Source: Macrostomum hystrix
Lineage: Eukaryota; Animalia; Platyhelminthes
Direction: 5' to 3'
DNA length: 64,000 bases
Assembly: GCA_950097015.1 (NCBI GenBank)
Contig: CATNEN010000001.1
Span: forward strand, 26,536,001 to 26,600,000
The translations under genes and the position numbers were made by a program. Positions 14,101 to 44,725 of this stretch are shown piece by piece. The notes under the pieces were generated by a model, which did no database searches, was not told the DNA's origin, and saw only the letters and a program-made list of their open reading frames with translations. Numbering within the stretch: position 1 is the first letter of the stretch; every line of letters begins with the position of its first letter.

Positions 14101-17100
14101 GTGTTGTAGGATTTCAGCATTGTTTTGTGGGATTTCATTTGATCCTGGAGATAAAGTATTTGAGAACTTGTAGCCCAGTGTCTGGAGAAGGTCGGGGATT
14201 CGAGTCGGTAAATATCAGTCCAAGAGAAAGCATTTGTGCCATCACAGCAGGTCACTGAATTCCATGTAGACAGTTCTAGAATAAAGCAATGTGTTTAAGT
14301 TCACTCACTCCTGTCCCGAATGCAGTCAGTGGTGCCGCTACCTGCTGACCTCGGCCTACAGCCTCTGGTTCCTGGCTCTGCCATCCTACGCTGAATGGCG
14401 CGGTCAGTCGGCCTCCGTAATTGAGCTTGTCGACTGGTCGCTGCTGCTGCTGCACCGGCTGCACACCAACCTGCGGCCCCTGCCTGCCCAGGACGAGGCT
14501 CCGTTCCGCTCCCTGCTCAGCCTGTGCGTTGCTAGGCGACTGAGATCCTGCGCCACGAGGGTGTACACCAGCCTGCAAGCTCTGCGAGGCAAGCCAACTC
14601 CGCAGACGCATGTCCTGTTCAACACGCTGATGACCGAGACGGCTTCGGCGTTGCCGCCGGAGCAGCGCGAACGACAGCGCCGAAATCTGGCCCGCCTTCG
14701 CTGCGTCCTGCGAGCTGCGGCCGCCTTCCGCCAGGCGGCGACGCGAGCCACGGCAGCTCGCCGGCAACAGCTGGGCGAAGACCGGGGCAGCAGCTCCAAG
14801 ATCTCACCGGATGCTGGCTACTTCACCAACTCGGCTCACTCTGTCACAGCCGTGGGCGGCCCGCACTCCACAGCTTCTGCCACTGCCGTCAGGTCGAATC
14901 CTGCTGCCACCATTGCCGCTGCTTCCAGTACTGGCGGCCTCTTCAGTGAGTGGAACTGCGTGCCGTTATCTCACATTTTGGTCATGCTCCATTCTATCAC
15001 ATTCTGGTCATGCTCCATTCTATCACATTCTGATCATGCTCCATTCTATCACATTCTGGTCATGTTCCATTCTATCACATTCTGGTCATGCTCCATTCTA
15101 TCACATTCTGGTTATGCTCCATTCTATCACATTCTGGTCATGCTCCAGTCTATCACATTCTGGTCATGCTACAGTCTATCACATTCTGGTCATGCTCCAT
15201 TGTATCACATTCTGGTCATGTTCCATTCTATCACATTCTGGTCATGTTCCATTCTATCACATTCTGGTCATGTTCCATTCTATCACATTCTGATCATGCT
15301 CCATTCTATCACATTCTGGTCATGCTCGATTGTATCACGTTCTGGTCATGCTACAGTCTATCACATTCTGGTCATGCTACAGTCTATCACATTTTGGTCA
15401 TGCTCCATTCTATTACATTCTGGTCATGCTCTATTCTATCACATTCTGGTCATGCTCCATTGTATCACATTCTGGTCATGCTCTATTCTATTACATTCTC
15501 GTCATGCTCTATTCTATCACATTCTCTAGTTAGAATTTCGTCGCGTACTGGGCTAAAGTAGCGAGTTGATCCTATTAATTCACATGTGTCTAAAATCGAA
15601 CTCAACAATCAGCATCATTTACCAGTCGCTTGATGAAGCTAAAAGGTATAGGTGAGTGTTAAGTAGATCGGTGTATGTAACTTCGCTCTTATCAATAGAA
15701 AATTTCCGTAGTTACTTTTTAAAATTGCTTTTCTGGTGCTAAAAGTTATCTAATTTTTATTTGCGTAAATTGACAAGAATTTGTTATAGGGTTATAGGGA
15801 ATCAAATCAGTTTTTATTACCTGTGCTTTTTAATCTTATTGCTTTGGTGAGTTTAACCGAATGAACCGAATTATATTATGTTTTTATTGACCTGTTCTAA
15901 TTTTGAATTCGCACCTGTTCGAATCTCATTATCATGTTTTCAAAATCTCACACCCTCACCTGTTCAAATCTCACACTCTCACCTGTTCTAATCTCACACT
16001 CTAACCTGTTCCAATCTCACACTCTAACCTGTTCCAATCTCACACTCTAACCTGTTCCAATCTCACACTCTAACCTGTTCCAATCTCACACTCTAACCTG
16101 TTCTAATCTCACACTCTCACCTGTTCTAATCTCACACTCTAACCTGTTCTAATCTCACACTCTAACCTGTTCCAATCTCACACTCTCACCTGTTCTAATC
16201 TCACACTCTAACTTGTTCCAATCTCACACTCTAACCTGTTCCAATCTCACACTCTAACCTGTTCTAACCTCACACTCACCTGTTCTAATCTCTCACTCAC
16301 CTGTTCTAATCTCACACTCTCACCTGTTCTAATCTCACACTCTCACCTGTTCTAATCTCACACTCTAACCTGTTCTAATCTCACACTCACCTGTTCCAAT
16401 CTCAAACTCTCCCCTGTTCTAATCTCACACTCTCACCTGTTCTAATCTCACACTCTAACCTGTTCCAATCTCACACTCTCACCTGTTCTAATCTCACACT
16501 CTCACTGGTTCTAATCTCACACTCTCACCTGTTCCAATCTCACATTCTCGCTAGTTACATTTCCCACCCACCTAAATCAAGTCCAGCTTTTATATCCGAT
16601 GGTGAAGGCAGTTTTATTCTTAATCCATCCGACTTCGCCTCCTGATCTCTGACATTGCCTCGATTAAACTCAATTCAAGCAGCTGCAAAATCGTTGGACA
16701 CTGATAGCGCCGACTGCGGCGTCGGCAGCGCCGCCACCAGCTCGGCGGCCGATACGGCCAGCTGCGACACCCAGATGAGCGGCGGCGTCTGCTGCGGCGC
16801 CACGTCACACAAACTGGGGCTCGTGCACGACTCTTTGGGTGAGTGCCAGTTACGAGTCTGTCTCTGCCTGTTCGGGGTGCCCATGTGTCCGTTTAGGGTG
16901 TCCCTCTGACTTTCAGGTTGTTTATCTGTTTGCTCGGAGTGTCCATTTGTCTGTTCAGGGTGTCTCTCTGTCAGCCCTGGGTGTCTGTCTCTCCTGCTAA
17001 GTGTGTCTGGCTGTCAGCTCCGGCTATGTCTGTCCAGTGTCAAGCCGGTCTGGTGTCTCCCAATCCGCAGTGATCCGCTCCGCCGGTCTCCTGATGTTCC

Positions 17101-20100
17101 ACCCTGGTCGGCGTCGTTCGACAACTGCTGGCGTCGGCGTGACAACTCGGCGCGCCCCAACCCAGCCAGTTTGCACCCACCATCGGCACCGACAGTCCAT
17201 TGTGCTGGGCGAGCCCACGCTTCGCTTGACATTTCAGCAGCCGCCGCAGCAGTTGCCTTCGCCGCAGAGAAGTTCGCAGCAGCCGCCGCAGGCCATCAGG
17301 CAGCGGCGTCGAAGAAGCAGCAGCGCCGGCGATCTTCTGTCCTTTCAGCAGCAGCGTCGGCGTCCCCAGTCGGCTCTGGGGCCAGCCGACCGTCGCATGT
17401 CATTCTGCTGCTGCCCGGAGGCCGCCGCGGCTCAGTTCGCGCTGTCTCCCTCGGAGGCGGTGGTGGCTGTCGCTGTTGCGATAACAACGGCTGCTGGCAA
17501 TGCAACTTCAACACCAGCCACCGGGCCACCAGTCCAGATTCAACTCGATCAGTTTGGAAATGACGCCACACAGACGGCTGCCAGAATCCATTCTGAGCAG
17601 CAGCAGCAGCGGCAGCAGCAGCAGCAGCAGCCAGCAAAGCCCGCGGCCAGTCGCTACAGGTCTCCATTCGATGTTGAACGCTCGGAACTGCACTACAGCT
17701 ACTATGGGGCCAAGCGAGGCGGCACAACAATCAGGCAGCCGCAGCATTCCACCGATGAGCCGGACACTGTCAGCATCGACAGCGGCAGCGTCGCCTCCGT
17801 TGACATCGGCTCGTCGACTATGTCAGCGTCACGCATGATGACGCCGCAGCAGAGCCTCAGCGCCAGCATGGCTAGCGCTTTTCGGCGCACCGCCAGCATC
17901 CGGAAAGTGGCCAGCAGCCTCAGCAAGCGGATGACGGACAAGCTGCAGGCCAGCCTGAGACTCAGCGCCAGCAGCAGCAGCACGCAGGACCTCCGCGGCT
18001 CCTCGCAGACGTCGCTGCACCAGTCGCAGCAGCAGTTCGGCGGCTCCACCGATCTACTGGACTCCGAGTCTCTGTCCAAGGCCTGGCGGAACATCAGCCG
18101 GCCCGGCTTGGCTCCGCTGTTGTCGGCCGCGCCGCATATTGCGAATGGCTCGGATGCCTCCAGGCCCCTGCTAGTCCGAGTCACCTCCTGCACAGTCTGT
18201 CCGTCCTGCCGGGTCTGTGTCTACGACGAGGAGATCATGGACGGCTGGTCGGCTGACGAGTCCTGCATGACCATCGACTGTCCGTTCTGTTCGAGAACCC
18301 TCAGGCCCGAGTTATCTATTGACTGCGGCAATCAGCAGCCGTTCTCCGTGGTCTACTTGTCACCGCTGGTGCTGCGCAAGGAGCTGGAGAACCTGCTGGC
18401 TGACGAAGGCGACGCTTATCTGGCCGGCGAGGCATTCAGAGAACACGTGGCCGACTCCAGGCACACCAGCTGCCTGCTGTTCTGGAACCTGCTCTGGTGA
18501 GCTGTGAAGCTGGGGTAGGCAAAGTAGAGGCTGGATTAGACAAATAGAGGCTGCAGTAGGCAAAGTAGAGGCTGTAGTAGGCAAAGTAGAGGCTGTAGTA
18601 GGCAAAGTAGAGGCTGTAGTAGGCAAAGTAGAGGCTGCAGTAGGCAAAGTAGAGGCTGCAGTAGGCAAAGTAGAGGCTGGAGTAGGCAATGCAGGTTGGA
18701 AGCTAGAGTAGACAAAGTAGAGTGGAGGCTGGAGTAGACAACGTAGAGTGGAGGCTGGAGTAGACAACGTAGAGTGGAGGCTGGAGTAGACAACGTAGAG
18801 TGGAGGCTGGAGTAGACAACGTAGAGTGGAGGCTGGAGTAGACAACGTAGAGTGAGGGAGGAGTAGGCAAAGTAGGGTTGTGGCTAGAGTAGGCAAAGTA
18901 GGGTTGTGGCTGGAGTAGGCAAAGTAGGGCTGTGGCTGGAGTAGGCAAAGTAGGGCTGTGGCTGGAGTAGGCAAACTAGGGTTGTGCTATAGTGATTAGA
19001 AGCCTTGTATATCTCATTATTCGCATCCACTCTAACACACTCTTATAGGTACCTGGAGCGTTTGAAATTGCCCCACTGCTTAAGCGACCACCTGTTGCAG
19101 TGGCATCGGCAGCAGAATCAGCAGCAGCAGCAGCCGACGTCAGTGCAGATCCAGTGCTACTGGGACAATTGCGAGGCCCACCCCACTCCTCTGTACCAAG
19201 TGTTCCACAGCCGAAGGCGGGGTGAACGAGTCGACGACGAGCTCAGCCGCCTGATGGACAGCGTGATCACCTGCATCATGGAGAACGACATGAACACCGC
19301 GCTCAAGACTGTGGTTGCTAGGCGGATTCCTGCTTCACCAGCGACTCCGAGGGCCAAGCCCGCTGCTGTTGCTGCTCCGGGGTCAGCCACCAGCCCCAGA
19401 GGATCGCGCACGACCTCGGCAGGCCAGCGCTCGTTGTACAGGGAGGTGCTGTTCCTGGTTCTGGTGGCGCTCCGGAGGGAAAATATTAACCTGCGTGAGT
19501 GCTGCCCATCTGGCACCTTGGCAATTTTACATTTTGCAGATTTTGGTGAGATTTTGAAATCTAGAGATTCGATGTGTGAGATTTTAAAATGTTAAGATTC
19601 TGTGTGAGACTTTGAAATGGAAAGATTCCATGAGATTTTGAAATTTATAGATTCTATGGGTGAGATTTTGAAATGCAAAGATTCAATGGGTGAGATTTTG
19701 AAATGCAAAGATTCAATGGGTGAGATTTTGAGATGTAAAGATTCTGTGTAAGATTTTGAAATTTATAGATTCTATGGGTGAGATTTTGAAATGCAATGAT
19801 TCTATGGGTGAGATTTTGAAACGTAAAGATTCTATGGGTGAGATTTTGAAATGTAAAGATTCTATGGGTGAGATTTTGAAATGCAAAGATTCTATGGGTG
19901 AGATTTTGAAACGTAAAGATTCTATGGGTGAGATTTTGAAATCTAGAGATTCAATGGGTGAGATTTTGAAATATTAAGATTCTGTGTGAGACTTTGAAAT
20001 GGAAATATTCCAGGGGTGAGATTTCGAAATTTATAGATTCTATGGGTGAGATTTTGAAATGCAAAGATTCTATGGGTGAGATTTTGAAATGTAAAGATAC

Positions 20101-20336
20101 TTTCGGTGAGACTTTTAGGAGCCGGAAGATTCCATGCGATATTTTATACCTGTTGGCCGTTTTAATTAAGCTGATCCAACTCTCCCCCGTGTCTCCCAGA
20201 CGCCTTCGACCACGAGTTCACCACCAGCCTGAACGAGACGGTGATGCCCAACCTTGGCGAGTACCTGACCAATCGGGACTCGCCCAGGCCAGCCGTACTG
20301 CTCACCAGAGACACATTCCCTCCTCTGGACCTGTGA
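1900..20336 (+). CDS. DENND4: DENN domain-containing protein 4 (DENND4/Crag-like Rab GEF), whole spliced gene, ~1691 aa
   Basis: join(1900-2124,3587-4398,5952-6077,8783-9403,10296-10802,14326-14945,16683-16838,17071-18496,19049-19494,20200-20336)=5076 nt, all GT-AG and phase-consistent. Motifs: MABP ([24 protein letters not shown]), uDENN/DENN ([35 protein letters not shown]), dDENN (KTQMFAQFI), PPR-like helices, C-terminal [45 protein letters not shown]. Confidence 0.93.
2187..3526. repeat. 22-bp minisatellite GTAGCTGATG(C/T)ACTGAATGACA
   Basis: ~60 copies filling DENND4 intron 1. Confidence 0.97.
3587..4398 (+). CDS. DENND4: DENND4 exon 2 (MABP/uDENN)
   Basis: acceptor CCCCAG, ADLNHGS..PVE, donor GTTTGC. 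Confidence 0.92.
4606..4845. repeat. 21-bp minisatellite ATATCCCATTCAGTTGGACAA
   Basis: ~11 copies. Confidence 0.95.
5375..5849. repeat. 34-bp minisatellite GGGTGTAGAACTGAAGCAAGGCAGCTGAAGGAAT
   Basis: ~14 copies. Confidence 0.95.
5952..6077 (+). CDS. DENND4: DENND4 exon 3
   Basis: [23 protein letters not shown], donor GTGAGT. Confidence 0.88.
6087..6428. repeat. ~32-33-bp minisatellite CTACTGTCTACTTCTCTCCCTTGCCTACCGATT
   Basis: ~10 copies with alternating variants. Confidence 0.93.
6928..7567. repeat. 20-bp minisatellite GAGTGAGGGAAGGAGTGACT
   Basis: ~30 copies. Confidence 0.96.
8140..8742. repeat. 22/25-bp minisatellite CTGCTTCTGTTCACACCTTTCA(CTG)
   Basis: ~25 copies. Confidence 0.96.
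8783..9403 (+). CDS. DENND4: DENND4 exon 4 (DENN core)
   Basis: [33 protein letters not shown], donor GTGGGT. Confidence 0.92.
9423..10050. repeat. 38-bp minisatellite AGGGACTCCTAGATCTAGCAGCTCTAGATTTCTGATGC
   Basis: ~16 copies, each containing the palindrome CTAGATCTAG. Confidence 0.97.
10296..10802 (+). CDS. DENND4: DENND4 exon 5 (dDENN)
   Basis: [28 protein letters not shown], donor GTAAGA. Confidence 0.9.
10975..12090. repeat. degenerate 14-16-bp pyrimidine-rich repeat CCCCGTCTCATCTCT
   Basis: ~70 variant copies. Confidence 0.95.
12180..12968. repeat. 24-bp minisatellite GTGGATAACAGTCGATGTACTGA(A/T)
   Basis: ~33 copies. Confidence 0.97.
14326..14945 (+). CDS. DENND4: DENND4 exon 6 (PPR-like region)
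   Basis: [30 protein letters not shown], donor GTGAGT. Confidence 0.88.
14968..15525. repeat. 26-bp minisatellite TCACATTCTGGTCATGCTCCATTCTA
   Basis: ~21 copies. Confidence 0.96.
15912..16548. repeat. 23-bp minisatellite TCTCACACTCTAACCTGTTC(C/T)AA
   Basis: ~27 copies. Confidence 0.96.
16683..16838 (+). CDS. DENND4: DENND4 exon 7
   Basis: GC-rich phase-1/phase-1 exon after a NAGNAG acceptor (AAGCAG; 16680 also possible), donor GTGAGT. Confidence 0.7.
17071..18496 (+). CDS. DENND4: DENND4 exon 8 (low-complexity linker + C-terminal domain)
   Basis: acceptor CCGCAG; [29 protein letters not shown]; donor GTGAGC. Confidence 0.88.
18514..18985. repeat. compound 21/26-bp minisatellite GTAGGCAAAGTAGAGGCTG..
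   Basis: fills DENND4 intron 8. Confidence 0.93.
19049..19494 (+). CDS. DENND4: DENND4 exon 9
   Basis: [22 protein letters not shown], donor GTGAGT. Confidence 0.9.
19540..20115. repeat. 30-bp minisatellite GATTCTATGGGTGAGATTTTGAAATGTAAA
   Basis: ~19 copies in DENND4 intron 9. Confidence 0.95.
20200..20336 (+). CDS. DENND4: DENND4 exon 10 (terminal)
   Basis: [29 protein letters not shown], resembles the DENND4 C-terminus. Confidence 0.85.
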
Positions 20337-22748
20337 GCATATTTGCTGCATTCCGTTTCTGTGAGAGCTGAGTAATAAGCAACTGACTGTACGTAGAGCT
20401 CGAACAATTCGCTTGTGAATGCTCTACCCGCTTACTGTGCTTGCTGGCAATTTGAAATCGAATGCATCTTTTGTACACTTCAAATTGCTTATTTATTGTT
20501 ATTTTAAATTGTACAGAAATGCTACTAGAAGTGCTTGCCTTCTGTAACCCACACTCTATTAATTAATTCTATTATAAACCATTTTTATCTTATAGATTTC
20601 TAAAATACGTTCCAGTACAACTTATTGATTTTTCGCATTATGAATTCATAGATTTATTGAGCTGCCTAGCAACCCGTTGCTCTCCCTTGTCTTTTGTTAT
20701 CCGCTAATCCTGTTTCTGAGCAGCTGTGATTTTATTCTGTTACCTTAACCCAGCTATACCTTAACCATTCTCCCATTATCTCTATAATAATCCAATTAGA
20801 TTGAAAGGCCAATATAATTCAATTAGCAGTTGAAATTAAAATAGCTGATAATTGATGCGATTTTTCAAGTGCTTCAGATAATTTTTCCCCCAAAGTCTGC
20901 TTCGAATTCGATGATTTGAAAGGTCGGCGACTGCAGTTAAAACTGTCATCAATGTGCAATTTACTCTCATTATCGCATTCGTTTCACTCATTTCACACTC
21001 GTGTCACTCCTTTCACATTATTGTCACTTTTCACACTATTTTCACTTCTTTCATTTTCTCATCACTCATTTCGCTCTCCAATCACTCATTTCACTCTCCC
21101 ATCACTCCTTTCACTCTCCCATCACTCACAGTGGCAGTCTGACTGCCAGCTGTATTTTCTGTTTGGTTTGGTCTTTTTGCGCAATGCTTTTTTATTTGAG
21201 TTATCAGAATGTGCCTGTTGAGTAGCAAAGTGATTGTTGAACAGTGAATTGCCCTATTTAGCCTATACTTATCGATCGTCAGGTTGATTGCAACATGCTC
21301 GCGTCTATCACTGTTGACTAATCTATTATTCATTTTCATGATCATGATATTGGTCAATATGCTTAGAGCTATAAACATGGCTACGACTATTCCTGGATTC
21401 ACTATATAACCATTTATGAGGCTATATATATTTATTTATTTATTATATCTAACAGGGAATTTGCCTAAACCTGATTTATAATCTGTTTCTTCTAGCCTCT
21501 ATCTTTTCTAGACATCAAAATACGAATAGACCGCTAAAATCAATCCGAAATGATGGCCTTACCGCTGCAAATGATTCACTCAAGGCTAGAGAATCCCGTT
21601 CAACATGAGACCCTTTATAAACACAGAAAACGCAGTTGATTAATTTTTATTTGATTCATTTTAGTTACGGGTCAATTGTTAACAAAAATGATAGCAGTTA
21701 GGACATTGTATCGTGTGCGCCAGCAGTATTAAGATTATGCTAAAATAACACCGAATCGGTTTGTATCGAATTTGCTACACGAAATCAACTAGCTACACCT
21801 GACACTCCCAGCACACAGGTACACACAGATACACACAGGTCATGTATCTAGCCGTCTATGCGACTAAATCAACGAATTCGCAACATCGGCAAAAAAAATC
21901 GTGATTGCGGCTGCTGTTTCACAGAAAGACGATAAAATGACCAGCCACAGGGCTTTGAGACAAGCTGTCAACAGGCTTTCATATTAAATGGGGATTAGCA
22001 CAGGCACAGGGATTTAAAAATCCGATTTTCTGTCCAAATTTGAGTCCTTCATTTAAGAGACATTCGAAAATCGGAATTCTCAAATTTGAGAACAACCTTA
22101 TGCATACAAGGTTATAGTAACCTGTACAGGATACATTCAGAGCTCTAGAACAAACTTAAAAAATAGAAATATCAAGATATTTAACGAAAGCTAAATTGTG
22201 CAAATATAACAGTTGAACACGAAAGGGTCGAAGACAGTTAAGTGCAAAAGTACAGGCTAACGGCTAGTACTTTTACCGACTGATTGATGTTTTCGCTTAA
22301 AAATAACATGACAATTTGGTATCAGAAACTTGCTATTCTGTTAGCTCTCTGTAGTGCAGAAATTGATGTGACACTGATTGACTGTTGCTAATGGGCAAAT
22401 ACTGAGTGATAACTCCGCCATGTGCGGTATGTGGTGTACTGGAAATACTAGCGCTTCACCTTGGTAAAATATATATTGCGGAACAAAGACAAAACTGAAA
22501 GCTTTCAAACACCTGACAACACCGACTATGAAATTGTGCGCCCGCAGTTAAAAACTCTCAGCTCTTTTGAAAAGCAACAAAGTTTAAAAAAAGCTGATCA
22601 TTATGATCAACAGGAAGTTGGCTCCATTGTGCGCTGTTTTAATTGCAGTCATGAACTATCTAGAATATTTTAGTTCAAATAAAAGGGCGCTTTAACGGTA
22701 TAGCAAACGATTCGCTTTCACGGACATTGTGATAGACACGGAGCGTCC

Positions 22749-41080
<18,332 letters not shown>

Positions 41081-41579
41081 TGTCGAAAATTTTGAGCAGC
41101 GACTCAATTAGGCTCAGTAATGAGAGTATTAGTGATTTTGCAATAGAATTTTTCAGCAAAATTTTTGGCTGTACTGTGCTTAAAAGTTTGTGAGCACAGC
41201 CTGTATGTAGTTCGCTAGTCCACGGCAAATACTAGGAGTGAAGTTGAATTTATTGCTGGCACATGCACTGAGCCATTCATATCGGTTCTCTCTAAAAGCA
41301 GTCTCAAACAGTAAGATAAGGAAGTGTGTGTTTCAGAGTTGACTTCTCAACATTTGCACTGCTGTCGCCTGCATAGTTGCTTATTGACTGGCCTGGGGTG
41401 GGTGAGGCCTGAGCTTATCAGCGCTGCCAGTCTGACTGAACGATTAAAATTATTTTAATCCAGAAAGAAAGAAGTGAGAACTGCACCGTTGTCTAGTGCA
41501 AGTTTTTTATTTATTGTTGACGCTTTCAATGTCAACTACTCGGTTCTATCTGTTCAGTCCTATGGTAATTGGCTGCCGT

Positions 41580-42900
41580 ATCTTAACAGTTCAGTAGCTT
41601 ATCTAACAGGTTAGTAGCTTGTCTAACAGGTTAGTAGCTTGTCTAACAGGTTAGTAGCTTGTCTAACAGTTCAGTAGCTTATCTAACAGGTTAGTAGCTT
41701 GTCTAACAGTTCAGTAGCTCATCTAACAGGTTAGTAGCTCATCTAACAGGTTAGTAGCTTATCTTACAGGTTAGTAGCTCTTCTAACAGGTTAGTAGCTT
41801 ATCTTACAGGTTAGTAGCTCATCTAACAGGTTAGTAGCTCATCTAACAGGTTAGTAGCTTATCTAACAGGTTAGTAGCTCATCTAACAGGTAAGTAGCTT
41901 ATCTAACAGGTTAGTAGCTTATCTTACAGGTTAGTAGCTTGTCTAACAGGTTAGTAGCTTATCTAACAGGTTAGTAGCTTGTCTAACAGGTTAGTAGCTC
42001 ATCTAACAGGTTAGTAGCTCATCTAACAGGTAAGTAGCTCATCTAACAGGTTAGTAGCTTATCTTACAGGTTAGTAGTCTATCTAACAAGTTAGTAGCTT
42101 ATCTAACAGGTTAGTAGCTTATCTTACAGGTTAGTAGCTTATCTAACAAGTTAGTAGCTTATCTAACAGGTTAGTAGCTTATCTTACAGGTTAGTAGCTT
42201 GTCTAACAGGTTAGTAGCTTGTCTAACAGGTTAGTAGCTTATCTAACAGGTTAGTAGCTTGTCTAACAGGTTAGTAGCTTGTCTAACAGGTTAGTAGCTT
42301 GTCTAACAGGTTAGTAGCTCATCTAACAGGTTAGTAGCTTATCTAACAGGTTAGTAGCTTATCTAACAGGTTAGTAGCTTGTCTAACAGGTTAGTAGCTT
42401 GTCTAACAGGTTAGTAGCTTGTCTAACAGGTTAGTAGCTTGTCTAACAGGTTAGTAGCTTATCTAACAGTTCAGTAGCTTATCTAACAGGTTAGTAGCTT
42501 GTCTAACAGGTTAGTAGCTTGTCTAACAGGTTATTAGCTTGTCTAACAGGTTAGTAGCTTATCTAACAGGTTAGTAGCTCATCTAACAGGTTAGTAGCTC
42601 ATCTAACAGGTTAGTAGCTTGTCTAACAGGTTAGTAGCTTGTCTAACAGGTTAGTAGCTTATCTAACAGGTTAGTAGCTTGTCTAACAGGTTAGTAGCTC
42701 ATCTAACAGGTTAGTAGCTTATCTAACAGGTTAGTAGCTTATCTAACAGGTTAGTAGCTTATCTAACAGGTTTGTAGTCTATCGAACAGTTTAGTAGCTT
42801 ATCTAAAAGGTTATAAATTTAGAAGCTCATTTAACATGTTAGCTTGTCTATCTAACAGATTATAGAAGCCTGTCTAACAAGTCAGTTGCATATCTAACAT
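41580..42900. repeat. 20-bp minisatellite TCTAACAGGTTAGTAGCTT(A/G)
   Basis: ~60 copies. Confidence 0.97.
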
Positions 42901-44618
42901 GTTTTGTTGCCTATCAATTATTATTTTAGTTGTCTATAACTACGTTTTGGAAGAAGCACCGTACGTCAGTGGAATATCACGTCTGTAACATGTTTATTGC
43001 ACAAATTAATCAGCACCATTTGTGTAACCCAAAAAAAGAATTTACACATCTGATATCCGTTTATACTACGCCAGCTCGGTAAACAGGTGTGTAACAAACA
43101 TTGGTCTAAAAAACAGAGCATTTGTCGGTCAAGAGAAAAGATAAGATATAGGCGATACCCCAGAATTAAGCTGCACGACCTGCGTGTAATATTGCAACCG
43201 CACTTGACTTTCTGCACAATATAATTTTTTCTTGCGTGGACCGTTTAAGTATCAGAGGAAGTTCAGTTGAGTTTAACTTAACTGACTCTGTTGTCATTAT
43301 TCCATATCTATCGGCCAAAACTCAGTGAAAAAACGAAGATGTCAAAGACTCAATGATAAAAATCTACTTTATGAAGCTAAACAACATAAAAACACTTAAA
43401 AGCTTAGCCCATGTCAAACTGATTGACATATGAATGTAAATTATTCTATTTTCCTGATGTTTCATTGTCGAAGCAAAAAAGCGAAGAAAGTTGCACATCT
43501 ACTATTACGGATGGGATCATAAATCCGGTGTTCCGTCGGTTATGATATGTGTTCATAACAAAAGTTCTGATTATCCGATTACAATTAAATATGTGAAATG
43601 GAGCTATGACGTAGTGAAAATTGAATCCTTGAAATTATATTTTAAACTATTTTAAACTACTTTTAGTTACTTTTAACAATTTTTAACTTCAACTAAGATT
43701 TGACACTACTATTGTAACAGTTCATATGTGTAATATAATGTGAACTAAGGTTGAACTATGTTAAGTATAAATAACTGATTAGAAGATATATTTTTAGAGG
43801 CTAAAATTAATTTTAAAATTGTTAAAATTAAAAGTTAATAAAATGCCTATTTGGTTCAATTTTCACTAACAATCAATTTAAACAACATGATTTATCTGTA
43901 ATGTATTTGATTAAAAAGTAATTTATAATAAATCAGTCACAGCACAAAGCATTAGTCATTGCAATTTGCAAACTGTAAAAACTAATATTTTTGTATGTCT
44001 TCTTGCGTCTACAACAATTATCTTTAAAACGAATTAAGCTAGATTAAAATTGTTAATATAATGCCAAATTAAATAGTACGGCAGAGATGAAAAATAAAGT
44101 TATTAAAAATCAAAAGATTAATAACAGAGTGATGTTCAAGAGACAATGGAATAGTTTCAGTCACTGGAGAATAGACTTGATGTCAATGAGTGAAAGAAAT
44201 TATTCATAAATTTTAACGTGCTGGCAAAAAAAGCGAATAAAAAACGCTTCTGACGATAGACCCTCATTTTACTACTGGTACAAAAGAGTTTAAGTAGTAA
44301 GATGAGGGTGCAAATAAATGTTAACTATTTTTTATAACACTACTGATAGCTAGAAATGGCGGATAGCAAAGTAAAGATAATTCTTTGGATAAGAGATAGA
44401 AAATCCGACTAAAATTAAAGAAATCTCAAAGCGTCAAAATTTTCAGTACCATTATAATCTAGAACAAAAACATACTTAGGAAAATGACCAATCTAATTGC
44501 TTTTCGATTCGAAAGCTATTTATATTTCCTATTTCTTCCGGAATTTTAGAAATCTAATTAAAACTTCAAGCGATTAGTCAGAAAAAAAATATGACAATTT
44601 TTGTGAGGCCTCAAACAC

Positions 44619-44725
44619 CTACTCCTGCTCCTGGTGTAGAGTGCAATTCTGTTTCATATAGGCGTCCGTGACCTGCTTTTCAAACGCCTGCAGCCGCAGA
44701 TGGTAGGTCAGGTCCAAACGCATGG
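44619..44725 (-). CDS. TRPM exon 13 (putative terminal)
   Basis: [17 protein letters not shown] (rib-helix like) then TAG. Confidence 0.72.

Noticed and set aside
13157-14258. Short ORFs in DENND4 intron 5
   Set aside because: No recognisable domain and not needed for the phase-consistent gene model
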